In this document: positions 40,909-52,801 of the stretch, piece after piece
Layout: each line of letters begins with the position of its first letter
How positions within the stretch are numbered: the first letter of the stretch is position 1
Source of the DNA: an uncultured beta proteobacterium
GTDB taxonomy: Bacteria > Pseudomonadota > Gammaproteobacteria > Burkholderiales > Casimicrobiaceae
Assembly (NCBI GenBank): GCA_963701885.1
Contig: CAVPBR010000009.1
Span: 60,507-124,506, forward strand
Length of the DNA stretch: 64,000 nt
Reading direction: 5' to 3'
Notes under the pieces: generated by a model
The model's input: only the letters and a program-made list of their open reading frames with translations
The model's database searches: none
Told to the model about the DNA's origin: nothing
Position numbers and translations under genes: made by a program

Positions 40909-43900
40909 GTGTCCACTGAAACCGCACGGGAATTTGACCTGGGCCCGCTGTCGTGGGTCCACGCCGAGATCGATCAGGCACTCGCGCGAGGGATCGACGC
41001 GCTCGCAGCATTCAGCGCGAACCTCTCCGACGCCGCCGCGCTGAAGCACGCGCGCGCACACATCCATCAGGCGGCAGGTGCGATCCAGATGGTCGGCCTC
41101 GACGCGGTCACCGCGTACACCGACGAGATCGAACGCTTGCTGGCCTGTATCGACGAGCTTCCTGTGGTCGATGCACCGACGTGGATCGAGCGCATCGATC
41201 GCGCCTGCCGCAGGTTGCAGGTGTTCCTGGATGAGATCGCCGGTGGTGCGGCCCCGGTGCCGCTCAAGCTCTTCCCCGACTACGAAGCGATGCAGAAGCT
41301 GCGGGGCGTCGCGGCACCTGCGCCGGCGGACCTGTTCTACCCCGACCTCGACGTGCGCCCGCCGCGCACGGCGTCGCGCGAAATCATGCCTGCGGCGAGC
41401 CTGACTGCGCACCTGCTGAAGGAGCGGCGCGATTACCAGCACGGCTTGCTCGAATGGCTGCGCGGCGGCACCGCGGGCGCAACGACGATGCGCGCAGCAA
41501 TCACGGCGATCGAGGACGTCACCTCCCAGGCCAACCTGCGCGCATTCTGGTGGACCGTCAGCGCGTTTCTCGAGGCGCTCGACCACGGCCTGCTTGAAAA
41601 GAGCTTTGGCGCCAAGCAACTCGTCGCGCGCATCGACCTGCAGATTCGCCGCGCGACCGAGGGCAGTGCCAAGGTGTCGGATCGGCTGCGCCGCGAAGTG
41701 CTTTATTACGTCGCGGTTAGCGCGCCAGGCGCGGAACTGGTCGAGATGGTGCGGCGCGCATACCGCCTCGCGGACCTGATTGCGTCGAGCGAGGCGCTTG
41801 CCGCCGACGTCGTGCGGCTGCAGCCTATATTGCGCGAGGCGCGCGAGCAGATCGCGAGTGCCAAGGAGGCGTGGCTCAAGGCGGCATCGGGCCGCACCGA
41901 CATCCGCCCTCGGCTGCGGCAGATTCTGGCATCGATTGATGCCAAGGCGCGCGAGATCGGTCCCGAGGCGCTCGCTCGCCTCACGGCCGCGCTTGGCGCT
42001 CGCTTCGACCAGTTGGGCGAGGCGGCGGTCGCCGAACCGGTCGCGATCGAATTCGCAACCGCGTTGCTGCTCGTCGAAAGTGCGTTCGGGAACCACTCGA
42101 ACCTGTCGCCGGAATTCGGGAAGCAGGTCGACGCGATGCTCGGTCGACTGGACGACGCGCAGGTCGGGCGCGAATCAAGCGCAGGGGCACCGGCACTCGA
42201 CGAAATGTCGCGCCGCGCGCAGGAGCGCGCACTGCTCACCCAGGTGATGCGCGAGGTCCAGGTGAATCTGCGGCACATGGAACAGGTGCTGGACGCGTTC
42301 TTCCGCGACAGCTCCAAGCGCGCAGATCTCGTCGGCCTGGCGCGGGACGGCCAGCAGATCCGCGGCGCGCTCCGGATGCTCGATCTCGACGACGCCGAGC
42401 GCCTGCTCGCGCTGTGCCAGACACAGATCGAGGCGTATTCGGACCCGCTGACCAAGATCGACGACGCAGGTCTCGAGCTCCTTGCCGAGTCGCTGTCCGG
42501 ATTGGGCTTCTACGTCGACGCAGTGTTGCAAAACCGGCCAGGCCGCGAGCACCTGATCGCGCCGCTGATCGCACGGCGGCTGGGCGAAGACCCGCAGCCG
42601 GTCCCGGCGGACCGGCAATCCGCCGAGCATTCGGTGATCGAGCTGCGCGCGGCGCTGCCGCGGCTCGTTGCAGACGTTCGCGACGCTCCCGCGGATGGCG
42701 CGGTGCGTGCTGAACTGCGCGGGAAGCTCGCGAACCTGCGCGGCGACGCCGAGCTGATCGGCGACACCGAGCTCGCATCGCAGGCCGACGCGGTGCTGCG
42801 CGAAATCGACGCCGGTGCCGCCGATGCGGCGGTCGCGAAGAGCGTCGACCTGATTGTCGAAACGGGGGCCGCGCCCGTGCCCGTGATTTCCGACGAAACT
42901 CGGCGCCTGCTCGCGACCGATGCGGGCGCGCTCGACGCCGAGCTCCTCGACATCTATCTGATCGAGGCGGACGAAGTCCTGGACACGGTCCACGATGGGT
43001 ACCAGACGCTCACGCACAACAGTTCCGATCGCGAGGCGCTCGCGACCGTGCGGCGGCAGTTCCATACGCTGAAGGGCAGCGGACGGATGGTCGGGTTGAC
43101 CGAGCTGGGCGAGCTTGCATGGGCAGTCGAGCGCGTCCATAACCGCGTGCTCGAGGAAGATCGGCGCGTGACACCGGCGCTGATTGCGCTGATTCGCACT
43201 GCGCTGACGAGCTTCCGGCAATGGGTGCGCGAATTGCGCGAGGCCGGTCGCATCGCGACCGAGCCGGCGCAGTTGCAGGCGGCATTGTCTGCGATTGCCT
43301 CCGAGTTACCGGGATTCGCGCCGCTGCCAGCTCTGGTGGAGGCGAAGGCCGCGCCGGAATCGGCGCCTGCCGCTGGCTCGGAGATAGCCTCTGACGCGGG
43401 ACGCCGAGATCATCGACCTGCCTGAATTCGGCGCCCCCGTCGCGGACGGGGCAGCGCCAGTCGTTACTTCGACCGAAGCTTCGGTCGAGGAAACCATCGA
43501 AATCGGATTGCCCTCCGATGGCCGCGATTCGCACAAGCCGATGCTGCGGGTTGTCGCCGACAACACGGCGGCGCATTCTGCTGCGGCCGATGCACGCGCG
43601 CGGCATCTCCGCGCATGCGCCCGGGCTCACGCTTCTGACCGATGGGACGCATGCCGACGTCGGCCAGACCGGGGCCGGGCAGGATAGCGATGCGACTGAA
43701 GCGGTGGAGACCCCCGGAGGCAGCGCTGAGGTCGATCTCGGAAACGTCGCGATCGGTTCGATCACTCTCTCGGCGGCACTGTGGTCGATCCTCTGCGACG
43801 AAGCCGAACAGAACGTCGCCATCCTGCAGCACGAAGTGTCGCTGATGCAGTTCGACCCCGACCACCCGCCGATTGCGGCCATGGTACGCGCGAGCCACAC

Positions 43901-46900
43901 GCTGTGCGGCATTCATCGCACGGGAGGCATTGCAGTGATCGCCGAGGTGGCGCAATCGCTCGAGCTGACGCTGCTTGCACTCGAGCAGCATGGCTCGCCT
44001 TTCCCGGGCGGTGCCCATCCGGTGCTTGCTCGCGCCAGTGCGGGCCTCGCCCATCTCGTGGGGCGCGTCAGGGCACGCGAGGCCTTCAGCGCCGGCGACG
44101 AGCGTGAGGGCGCCGATATCGGCGTCGAACTCGACGAGTTGCGGCAGGAGGCGGCGGCCAATGCGCCTGCGCTCGATCTGCTGCTCGGCGACGACGACCT
44201 CGACCGAGGTGCAATCGGGCCCGATTCCGGTGCCGCGGCCGGCGACGAGTCGCCTGCCGAATCAGGATCGGCGATAGCCGAAGCTGCCGTGGCGGCCGAA
44301 TCCGCTGGCGCTGCCGAAATTGCTGGCGCTGCCGAATCCAACGCCACTGCCGAATCCGACGTCGCCACAGGATCCGAAGCCCCGGCGGCGCTCGCAGCAA
44401 CAGCGGAATCGGCAGACTGGGGACCCGGGGCCGGGGAGCTGGAAGCGGCAACCGAAGCGCGTATCGGTGCGGCGGCTGCAGTGTCCAGTGACATGTGGTC
44501 TCCGTCGACGCAGTTCGCGCCCGCGCCGCCGCTGGCGCCGGCAATTCCCTCCGACGAGACGCTGCTCGACGTCACCGACGATGTCGACGAACAGGTGGTG
44601 CCGATCTTCCTCGAGGAAGCCGCCGAGCTGTTCCCACGCGCGGGAAGCGACCTTCGGGACTGGCGCCGCGAGCCCCGAGGATGACGCGGTCGTTGCGTCG
44701 TTGCGCCGAAGCCTGCACACGCTGAAGGGCAGTGCGCGAATGGCCGGTGCCATGCGGCTTGGCGAACTCGCACACCGGATGGAATCGCGGCTTGTCCCCG
44801 ACGTACACGAGCTTGTGCCGACACCCGAATTGTTCGAGGCGCTCGACACCGATCTCGACCGCATCGGCTTCGTGCTCGACGCATTGCGCGAAGGCAAGGC
44901 GAATATCGTGCTGCCGTGGCTCGCGCCGCCGGTCGAGCCGGGAGCCGCCGACGCCATGGCACCCGCGCCTGACGCTGCGGTTGGTTCGCAAGCGAGGCCC
45001 GACACGCAGCTCCAGACGCAACCGGCGCCGACGGACGTGACGCCCGCCGGGAATCTCAAGTCCACTGCGGCGATCGTCGAGCGGCGTCACGCGCCGCGGC
45101 ATACCGAGGTGCAGGTCGGCGCTCGCGCGATGCTGAGGGTGCGTGCCGACATCGTGGATCGGCTGGTCAACGAAGCAGGCGAGGTCTCGATCGCACGAGC
45201 GCGGGTGGAAGGCGAGCTGCGCGGACTCAAGGCGAATCTGCTCGAGCTGACGGGCAGCGTGATCCGGCTCCGCGGCCAGATCAGGGAAATCGAGCTGCAG
45301 GCCGAGACGCAGATCCAGTCGCGGATGTCCGCGGTCCAGTCGACACACGAGGGTTTCGACCCGCTGGAGCTCGACCGCTTCACGCGCTTCCAGGAGTTGA
45401 CGCGCTCGCTCGCCGAAGGCGTGAACGACGTGTCGACGGTGCAGCAGGCGCTACTGCGGAACCTCGACGACGCCGATGTCGCGCTTCTCTCGCAAGCGCG
45501 GCTGTCGCGCGACGTGCAGCAGCGGCTGCTTGCGATACGGACGGTTCCGTTCAACAGCCTGACCGAGCGGATGTACCGGACGCTGCGCAAAACCGCGCGC
45601 GAGCTCGACAAGCGCGCCAATCTCGAGATCAACGGCGCGCAGACCGAGCTCGACCGCTCGGTGCTGGAGAAGCTCGCCGGCCCGCTCGAGCATCTCCTTC
45701 GCAATGCGCTCGACCATGGCATCGAATCGCGCGGCGAGCGCATCGACGCCGGCAAGCCCGAGACCGGCGAGATCGCGCTGTCCGTCCGCCAGGCAGGCAA
45801 CGAGGTCGCGATCGAGCTCACCGATGACGGACGCGGAATCGACTTCGCGCGCGTGCACGAGCGCGCGGTCGCGACGGGCCTGATCGCCGCCGGTGCACAG
45901 ACCAGCGAGCAACAGCTTGTCGAATGCCTGTTCCAGCCTGGTTTCTCGACGGCTCAGGAACTGACGCAGATCTCCGGCCGCGGCATCGGGATGGACGTCG
46001 TGCGCAACGAGATCGCGTCGCTAGGTGGTCGCGTCGACGTCCATTCGGAAGCGGGCAGGGGGACACGCTTCAACCTGTTCCTGCCACTGACGCTCGCCGT
46101 AGCGCAGGCGGTACTCGTACGGGCGATGGGCCGGCTGTGGGCACTGCCCGCCACGATGGTCGAGCAGGTCCAGCAACTGAAGGCCGATGCGGTGGCGGCG
46201 ATGTATGTGGCGGGATCGACCGATTGGCGCGGGCAGACGTACCCGTTCCACTACCTGTCGCGGCTCGTCGGCGATGCGGCCGCGGTGCCGGAGCTCGGGC
46301 GCTCCAACGCAGTGGTAATCGTGCGCAGTGGCCAGGGAACGATTGCCATTCACGCCGACGAAATGGTCGGCAACCAGGAAGTCGTGGTCAAGAACATCGG
46401 CGCGCAGCTCGCGCGCGTTCCGGGCCTGTCCGGGGCGACCGTGCTGGGGACCGGCGAGATCGTCCTGATCGTGAATCCGGTGCAGCTTGCCCAGCGTGCC
46501 GACCTGCAGGTGCTGCGCGCCGCAAGCGTCGACGAGATGCTCGGCGCGCCAAAAGCCGCGGCGCGGGCGGTGCCCGAGCGCAGTCTGGTGATGGTCGTCG
46601 ACGACTCGCTGACCGTGCGCAAATTCACGACGCGGCTCCTGTCCCGCGAAGGCTACGAGGTCATCGCCGCGCGCGACGGGGTCGACGCGCTGCAGGCGCT
46701 CGGCGAGCGCGCACCCGACGCGATTCTGCTCGACATCGAGATGCCGCGGATGGATGGTTTCGAGTTCGCGAAATCGAGTCAGGAGCAACGCGAAGACCGC
46801 GCGCATCCCGATCATCATGATCACGTCGCGGACTGCCGACAAGCACCGCAATCGCGCGCTGGAAATCGGCGTCGACGCCTTCCTTGGAAAGCCCTTCCAG

Positions 46901-46957
46901 GAAGAGGAGCTGCTGCGCAACCTGCGCACCGTGCTTGCCGCCACCGCGCGCGTCTGA
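40909..46957 (+). CDS. chpA: CheA-like hybrid kinase with multiple Hpt, HATPase, CheW and receiver domains (four apparent +1 frameshifts near 43400, 43600, 44675, 46772)
   Basis: HTLKGSGRM, HTLKGSARM, EHLLRNALDHGIE, ISGRGIGMDVV, VVDDSLTVR, DIEMPRMDG; fragments are colinear across successive frames. Confidence 0.9.
44277..44366 (+). repeat. Degenerate 18-bp tandem repeat (5 units) in a ChpA linker
   Basis: GCCGAA recurs at 44277, 44295, 44313, 44331 and 44349; encodes AEAAVA AESAGA AEIAGA AESNAT AESDVA. Confidence 0.75.
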
Positions 46958-47032
46958 AACTCCTGGCGCCATCCGGGCTGACACCGTCGCGCCCAAGCGG
47001 TACATTCCTCCCATTCCAACGGAGGAACCGCC

Positions 47033-49084
47033 ATGGCGCGATTCGCGACGGAGAACATTCGTACTGTAGCGCTGGTAGGTGACGGCGCTTCGGGCAAGAC
47101 GACGCTCACCGAAGCACTGCTGGCGCGGGCGGGAGCCATTCCCGCGGCGGGGAGCGTCGAGCGCGGCAGCACGGTCAGCGACTTCGATCCTCTCGAGAAG
47201 TCGTACCAGCATTCGCTGCGCGCCGCGCTTGCCCACCTGGAGTCCGGCAACACGCGAATCCACGTCGTCGACACTCCGGGTTTCCCCGATTTCATCGGTC
47301 AGGCGATCGGCGCGCTCGACGCGGTCGAGACTGCGGTGGTGGTCGTGAACGCGTCATCCGGCGTCCAGATGATCTCGGCGCGGATGATGGAATGGGCGGC
47401 CAAGCGCGGCCTGTGCCGCCTGGTCGTCATCAACCGCATCGATGCCGAGAACGTCGATCTGCCGGGTGTGCTCGCCGCAGTGCGTTCGGCGTTCGGCAAG
47501 GAATGCCTGCCGATCAATCTTCCGGCGGAAGGCGGCAAGCGTGTCGTCGACTGCTTCTTCAACCCGTCGGGCGAGGCCGATTTCTCGTCGGTGGCGGACG
47601 CCCATCGCGCGCTGGTCGACCAGGTCGTCGAAGTGGACGAGGACCTGATGTCGATCTATCTCGAGCAGGGCGAGGTAACGCCAGCCGAGCTGCATGCGCC
47701 GTTCGAGAAGGCGCTGCGCGAGGGTCACCTGGTCCCGGTGTGCTTCACTTCGGCACGGACCGGTGCCGGAATCGCCGAACTGCTCGACGTGCTGGTGAAG
47801 CTCGCGCCGCATCCGGCCGAGGGCAATCCGGCGCTGTTCATCAAGGGCGAAGGCGCGGCTGCGGTCGAATTCCATTCGGTTCCCGATGCCTCGAAGCATG
47901 TGCTCGCGCACGTCTTCAAGGTCGTCATGGATCCGTTCGTGGGCAAGCTGGGCGTCTTCCGCGTGCACCAGGGCACCGTGACCCGCGATACGCAGCTCTT
48001 CGTCGGTGACGGCCGCAAGCCCTTCAAGGTGGGCCACCTGTTCATGCTGCAGGGAGGCAAGTACGTCGAGGCCGACGCTGCCGTCCCGGGCGACCTCGCC
48101 GCGGTGGCGAAGGTCGACGAGATCGAGTTCGACTGCGTGCTCCACGATTCGCACGAGGAGGATCACATCCGCATGCGGCCGCTCGAGTTCCCGGTCCCGA
48201 TGCACGGATTCGCGATCACGCCCAAGCGCCGCGGCGACGAGCAGCGGATCTCCGACGTCCTGCACAAGATGATCGCCGAGGATCCGACGCTGGTCGTCAC
48301 GCACGATCCCAACGTCAACGAGACCGTACTGCGCGGCCTGGGCGAACTGCATCTGCGCTCGGTGCTCGAGCGGATGGCGACCCAGTTCAAGCTCGAGGTC
48401 GAAACCCATCCACCGCGCGTCCCCTATCGTGAGACGCTGACCGCAAAAGCCGAAGGGCATCACCGCCACAAGAAGCAGACCGGGGGCGCGGGGCAGTTCG
48501 GCGAGGTGTATCTGCGCGTCGAGCCGCTTCCGCGCGGCGGTGGCTTCGAATTCGTCGATCAGGTGAAAGGCGGTGCGATCCCGACTGCACTGATTCCGGC
48601 GGTCCAGAAAGGTGTCGAGCAGGTGCTCTCTGCCGGGCCGGTCGCCGGTTTCCCGATGCAGGACCTGCGTGTCATCGTCTATGACGGCAAGTACCATCCG
48701 GTCGACTCGAAGGAAGTCGCTTTCGTCTCTGCCGGCCGCAAGGCGTTCCTCGATGCGATCACCCGGGCGCGGCCGATCGTGCTCGAGCCGATCGTCGGCG
48801 TCGAGATCAACTGCCCTGCGGCGACCATGGGTGACGTTGCCGGCGACCTGTCATCGCGGCGTGGCCAGGTGACCGGAACCCAGACGATGCAGGCCGGGAT
48901 GCTCGCAGTGAACGGGCTCGCGCCGTTGTCGGAGCTCGACGGCTATGCCGCACGGCTGAAGTCGATGACCGGTGGCCACGGCGCGTGGACGATGGCGCTG
49001 TCGCATTACGAGCAAGCTCCTCCCAATCTTCAGAATCAGCTCTCCACCGAGTACGCCAAGCATCGGCGTCACGAGGAAGATTGA
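47033..49084 (+). CDS. Elongation factor G paralogue (EF-G II type)
   Basis: G1 GDGASGKTT, G3 DTPG, G4 NRID, GLGELHL, KKQTGGAGQFG, HPVDS; lacks RGITI; not in the str operon. Confidence 0.92.
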   Translation: MARFATENIRTVALVGDGASGKTTLTEALLARAGAIPAAGSVERGSTVSDFDPLEKSYQHSLRAALAHLESGNTRIHVVDTPGFPDFIGQAIGALDAVETAVVVVNASSGVQMISARMMEWAAKRGLCRLVVINRIDAENVDLPGVLAAVRSAFGKECLPINLPAEGGKRVVDCFFNPSGEADFSSVADAHRALVDQVVEVDEDLMSIYLEQGEVTPAELHAPFEKALREGHLVPVCFTSARTGAGIAELLDVLVKLAPHPAEGNPALFIKGEGAAAVEFHSVPDASKHVLAHVFKVVMDPFVGKLGVFRVHQGTVTRDTQLFVGDGRKPFKVGHLFMLQGGKYVEADAAVPGDLAAVAKVDEIEFDCVLHDSHEEDHIRMRPLEFPVPMHGFAITPKRRGDEQRISDVLHKMIAEDPTLVVTHDPNVNETVLRGLGELHLRSVLERMATQFKLEVETHPPRVPYRETLTAKAEGHHRHKKQTGGAGQFGEVYLRVEPLPRGGGFEFVDQVKGGAIPTALIPAVQKGVEQVLSAGPVAGFPMQDLRVIVYDGKYHPVDSKEVAFVSAGRKAFLDAITRARPIVLEPIVGVEINCPAATMGDVAGDLSSRRGQVTGTQTMQAGMLAVNGLAPLSELDGYAARLKSMTGGHGAWTMALSHYEQAPPNLQNQLSTEYAKHRRHEED

Positions 49085-49819
49085 TCAGAACCCGTATTCG
49101 ACCTGGGCGCGCAGCGTCCGGTCGGGTGTCGCGCGCGTTGCGCCGAACAGGTACGCCGCGTTCCAGACCAGCGCCTGCTTGCCGTCGAGGCGAAGTTTGC
49201 CGAAGATCGCGGGTCCGAGCGAGTGCGCCTGGGTCCGGGTCGCGTCCCAGTCATCCCACTTTCCCACGTTGCCGAAGCCCTGTGCACCGAGCTCGAAGGC
49301 CTCCCGCCATCGGTACTTGAGCTGCCACTGGTACTCGAGTTCCGTTGCCGCGGGAGCCGCGGCGCGGTAATGACGCTCGAGGAACAGGTTTGCATTGGCC
49401 TGCAGAGGTCCGAAATCCTTCTGCAGCAGCGGACCGATGCGCAGCTCGTAGCCCTCGTCGCGATCGTGCGGGAACTCGACCTCGACAAGCAGGCCGGCAT
49501 CGACCGGATATGCGCCCGGCTCGGTCAGCGCGAACTTGTTCTCCCATTCGAACGCGTCGAAATGCGCCGAGCCGCTGCCGAAGCGGTTGAACTTCGCATA
49601 GCCTTCCGTGAACCACCATTGCGTGAGTCCGTAGCCGAAAGCGACCGATCCTGCGCTCGCCCGTTCATCGGACGCGCTCGTCGCCGTGCCGGCGCGAAGC
49701 TCGATCTCACGTTCGCCATACTCGACCGACGGCGTCGAGACGTAATCGTCGGGGTCGGCGTACGCTGCCGAGCACACTGCGGACAGCGCCAGCGCCGCGA
49801 GGAGCGCCGCGGGCTTCAT
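49085..49819 (-). CDS. Putative outer-membrane beta-barrel protein
   Basis: Signal peptide, alternating aromatic/hydrophobic strands, C-terminal QVEYGF; 4-bp overlap with cupredoxin gene. Confidence 0.7.
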   Translation of the reverse strand: MKPAALLAALALSAVCSAAYADPDDYVSTPSVEYGEREIELRAGTATSASDERASAGSVAFGYGLTQWWFTEGYAKFNRFGSGSAHFDAFEWENKFALTEPGAYPVDAGLLVEVEFPHDRDEGYELRIGPLLQKDFGPLQANANLFLERHYRAAAPAATELEYQWQLKYRWREAFELGAQGFGNVGKWDDWDATRTQAHSLGPAIFGKLRLDGKQALVWNAAYLFGATRATPDRTLRAQVEYGF

Positions 49820-50145
49820 TGCACGACGACCGCGCCTTGCGCGGTCGCGGCATTGAACTCACCCATGAATGGGTAGCGTCCCGGCGCGAGGGGTCCGATG
49901 TAGATCGTCGCGGTGGTTCGCCCCGGGATCACCTTTTCCCGGTTGAGCGCATAGCTGTCGAATTCCTCGGGAGTCGAATCCTGATTGTCGACGACGAGCC
50001 TGATTTTGGTGTTGGCGGGGATCCGGATCTCGGCCGGGTTGTAGCGGTGAGCGCGCAGCGTGATATGCATTTCGGCGGGCGCCGCGGCCGCGGCCGCGGT
50101 CGACGTGGCGAAGAGCACTGCGAGGGTAAGGGTCGCGGGTTTCAT
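49816..50145 (-). CDS. Periplasmic cupredoxin-domain protein (EfeO-N/FtrB-like)
   Basis: Signal peptide; NQDSTPEEFDSYALNREKVI...GPLAPGRYPFMGEF. Confidence 0.88.
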   Translation of the reverse strand: MKPATLTLAVLFATSTAAAAAAPAEMHITLRAHRYNPAEIRIPANTKIRLVVDNQDSTPEEFDSYALNREKVIPGRTTATIYIGPLAPGRYPFMGEFNAATAQGAVVVQ

Positions 50146-50189
50146 GGTGTTCTCGCGGTGCCTATGGGGGGTGGGTTGAGTTCGACGTG

Positions 50190-50214
50190 AATGATAACGG
50201 TTCGCATTCGCATT
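50190..50214. promoter_or_regulatory. Fur box
   Basis: AATGATAACGGTTCGCATT (50190-50208) followed by an extra CGCATT hexamer, about 45 bp upstream of the cupredoxin ATG. Confidence 0.7.
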
Positions 50215-50304
50215 GCACAAGCCCCCTCGACGCCTACCCCAGGGCAACGCCGCCGCGGTGCGCGCAACGATGAAGAGCCTTACAATTGCGCCACCCGCGC
50301 CACG

Positions 50305-50856
50305 ATGAATCTGACCCATCACTTCCTGATTGCCATGCCGGCGATGTCGGATCCGAATTTCGCCAATACGCTGACTTACATCTGCGAGCACAATCCCGAG
50401 GGTGCCCTGGGCATCGTGATCAATCGTCCAACCGGGTTGACCCTCTCCACACTGTTCGAGCAAATCCGGATTCCGCTGGACGATCGGGCGCTGCGCGAGG
50501 TCTTCGTCCATTTCGGCGGTCCAGTGCAGGCAGACCACGGTTTTGTGCTTCATCGCCCGGTCGGCCACTGGCAGTCGACGCTTGCGGTCGACCGCGATAT
50601 CGGTCTCACGATGTCGAAGGACGTGCTTGAGGCCGTTGGCCGCGGCGAAGGACCGAAGGATGTCCTGGTGTCTCTGGGCTACTCCGGCTGGGATGCCGGA
50701 CAACTCGAGCACGAACTCACGCAGAACGCCTGGCTCACGGTCGAAGCTGATCCCGAAGTCGTATTCGAGCTGCCGGTCGAGGACCGGTTGCCCGCTGCGG
50801 TGCGGCTCCTCGGGATCGACATTTCGCGTCTTTCCGACGACGTTGGCCACGCGTGA
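50305..50856 (+). CDS. yqgE: YqgE/AlgH family protein
   Basis: HFLIAMP.M.DPNF, YICEHN, FGGPV, LGYSGW..GQLE.E...NAWL. Confidence 0.95.
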   Translation: MNLTHHFLIAMPAMSDPNFANTLTYICEHNPEGALGIVINRPTGLTLSTLFEQIRIPLDDRALREVFVHFGGPVQADHGFVLHRPVGHWQSTLAVDRDIGLTMSKDVLEAVGRGEGPKDVLVSLGYSGWDAGQLEHELTQNAWLTVEADPEVVFELPVEDRLPAAVRLLGIDISRLSDDVGHA

Positions 50857-51308
50857 TCTCGCGAGCGGGGGGTGGGCCGGCGACGGTGCTCGCGTTCGAT
50901 TTCGGCCTGCGCAGGATCGGTGTCGCGATCGGCAACACGCTGACTCGGGTCGCGCAGCCTCTCGCGACCATCGACCCAGCCGAACGCCATGCACGCTTCA
51001 GTTCGATCGCGGCGCTGGTCGATCAATGGCAGCCGGCGCAACTCGTCGTCGGCTTGCCGACGCATGCCGACGGCACCCCGCACGCGATGACCGCAGCGGC
51101 GCGTTCGTTCGCCGCGGAGCTCGGCACGCGTCATGGCCTGCCTGTCGACCTGGTCGACGAGCGTTGGACGAGCGAAGTCGCGCGCGACGAGCTCGCTGCA
51201 TCGGGCCGCGGCGGGCGTGCCGGCCGATTGCTTCGCGACGAGAAGGCTGCGCAGATCATCCTGCAGGCTTGGTTCAACGATGCCGATGACTCGCGCGGAA
51301 CTGCCTGA
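50853..51308 (+). CDS. ruvX: YqgF/RuvX nuclease
   Basis: [33 protein letters not shown]. Confidence 0.93.
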   Translation: MISRAGGGPATVLAFDFGLRRIGVAIGNTLTRVAQPLATIDPAERHARFSSIAALVDQWQPAQLVVGLPTHADGTPHAMTAAARSFAAELGTRHGLPVDLVDERWTSEVARDELAASGRGGRAGRLLRDEKAAQIILQAWFNDADDSRGTA

Positions 51309-51801
51309 TGCCGAGGCGGCGCTCGCGGCGCTGGTCGAGCGCATGCACCCGGCCGTTGCGCACGACGCCGCGTTCGTCGGAATCTTTTCCGGAGGCGCGT
51401 GGGTCGCCGAGCGGCTCGCCGCGCGCGTTCCGGGCCGGCATCCCCTCGGCTTCATCGACGTTTCGTATTATCGCGACGACTACGCGCTCACCGGGCTCAA
51501 GCCGAACGTCCGGCGCACGTCGTTGCCTTTCGACGTCGCTGGCGCCACGATCGTGCTGATCGACGACGTCCTCTACACCGGGCGTAGCGTGCGTGCGGCG
51601 ATCAACGAGCTGTTCGACTTCGGGCGCCCGGATCGCATCGAGCTCGCGGTGCTGGTCGATCGCGGTGGCCGCGAGCTGCCGATCGCGCCTGCTTACGTCG
51701 GCGCCCGGGTCACGGTCGCACGCGAGCTGTCGATCATCCTGTCGCGCGATCCGGGCGGGACGCTGTCGCTCGGCGTCGAGCCCACCTCGGGCGTCGCATG
51801 A
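51280..51801 (+). CDS. pyrR: PyrR / uracil phosphoribosyltransferase
   Basis: [32 protein letters not shown]. Confidence 0.93.
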   Translation: MPMTRAELPDAEAALAALVERMHPAVAHDAAFVGIFSGGAWVAERLAARVPGRHPLGFIDVSYYRDDYALTGLKPNVRRTSLPFDVAGATIVLIDDVLYTGRSVRAAINELFDFGRPDRIELAVLVDRGGRELPIAPAYVGARVTVARELSIILSRDPGGTLSLGVEPTSGVA

Positions 51802-51832
51802 GCGCGGCGAGGCCCCGCGGGGAATCCGGCGC

Positions 51833-52795
51833 GTGAGCCGCAATCCCCAGCTCGGCAGGAACGGCGAGCTCGTCCACTTGCTGTCGCTCGAAGGGCTTCC
51901 GGCCGAGGTGATCAGCCACATCCTCGACACCGCCGAGCCGTTCGTGTCGGTGGCCGAGCGCGAGATCAAGAAGGTCCCGCTGCTGCGCGGCAAGGCGGTG
52001 TTCAACCTGTTCTTCGAGAATTCGACGCGCACGCGGACGACCTTCGAGATCGCGGCCAAGCGCCTGTCAGCGGACGTCATCAACCTCAATATCGGCGTAT
52101 CGTCGACGTCGAAGGGCGAGACGCTGCTCGACACGGTCGATAACCTCTGCGCGATGAACGCCGACATGTTCGTCGTTCGCCACGCGCAGTCGGGCGCGCC
52201 GCACCTGATCGCCTCACACCTGACTGCGACCAGCCGCACGCAGGTGCACGTCGTGAATGCGGGGGACGGACGCCATGCGCATCCGACCCAGGGCCTGCTC
52301 GACCTCTACACGATCCGCCACTACAAGAAGGAGTTCCGCTCACTGACCGTGGCGATCGTCGGCGATGTCCTGCACTCGCGGGTCGCCCGCTCGCTGATCC
52401 ACGGGCTCACGACGATGCAGACGGCGGAGGTTCGCGTGATTGCGCCGCGCACCCTCATTCCCGCACAGATCGAGTCACTCGGCGTGCACGTCCACAACGA
52501 CATGCGCGAGGGGCTGCGCGGCTGCGACGTGGTCATCATGCTGCGCCTCCAGAACGAGAGGATGAAGGGCGCGCTGCTGCCGTCGCCGGGCGAGTATTTC
52601 AAGCATTACGGGCTTACCGACGCGAAGCTTGCGCTGGCGAAGTCCGATGCGATCGTCATGCATCCGGGGCCGATGAATCGCGGCGTGGAGATCGACACTT
52701 CGGTGGCCGACGGGGCGCGCTCGGTGATCCTGCCGCAGGTCACGTTCGGCATTGCGGTGCGGATGGCCGTGCTCTCGATTGTCGCCGCGAACTGA
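51833..52795 (+). CDS. pyrB: Aspartate carbamoyltransferase catalytic subunit
   Basis: [33 protein letters not shown]. Confidence 0.97.
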   Translation: MSRNPQLGRNGELVHLLSLEGLPAEVISHILDTAEPFVSVAEREIKKVPLLRGKAVFNLFFENSTRTRTTFEIAAKRLSADVINLNIGVSSTSKGETLLDTVDNLCAMNADMFVVRHAQSGAPHLIASHLTATSRTQVHVVNAGDGRHAHPTQGLLDLYTIRHYKKEFRSLTVAIVGDVLHSRVARSLIHGLTTMQTAEVRVIAPRTLIPAQIESLGVHVHNDMREGLRGCDVVIMLRLQNERMKGALLPSPGEYFKHYGLTDAKLALAKSDAIVMHPGPMNRGVEIDTSVADGARSVILPQVTFGIAVRMAVLSIVAAN

Positions 52796-52801
52796 CGCGC
52801 A

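Noticed and set aside
40909-46957. Programmed frameshifting or phase variation in chpA, uvrD, yggX and others
   Set aside because: No long homopolymers or slippery heptamers; the uniform +1 sign across unrelated genes points to sequencing error.
51798-51836. 12-codon ORF bridging the pyrR stop and pyrB start as a leader peptide
   Set aside because: No pyrimidine-attenuator features. It could be chance, translational coupling or an indel in a longer pyrB N-terminus.
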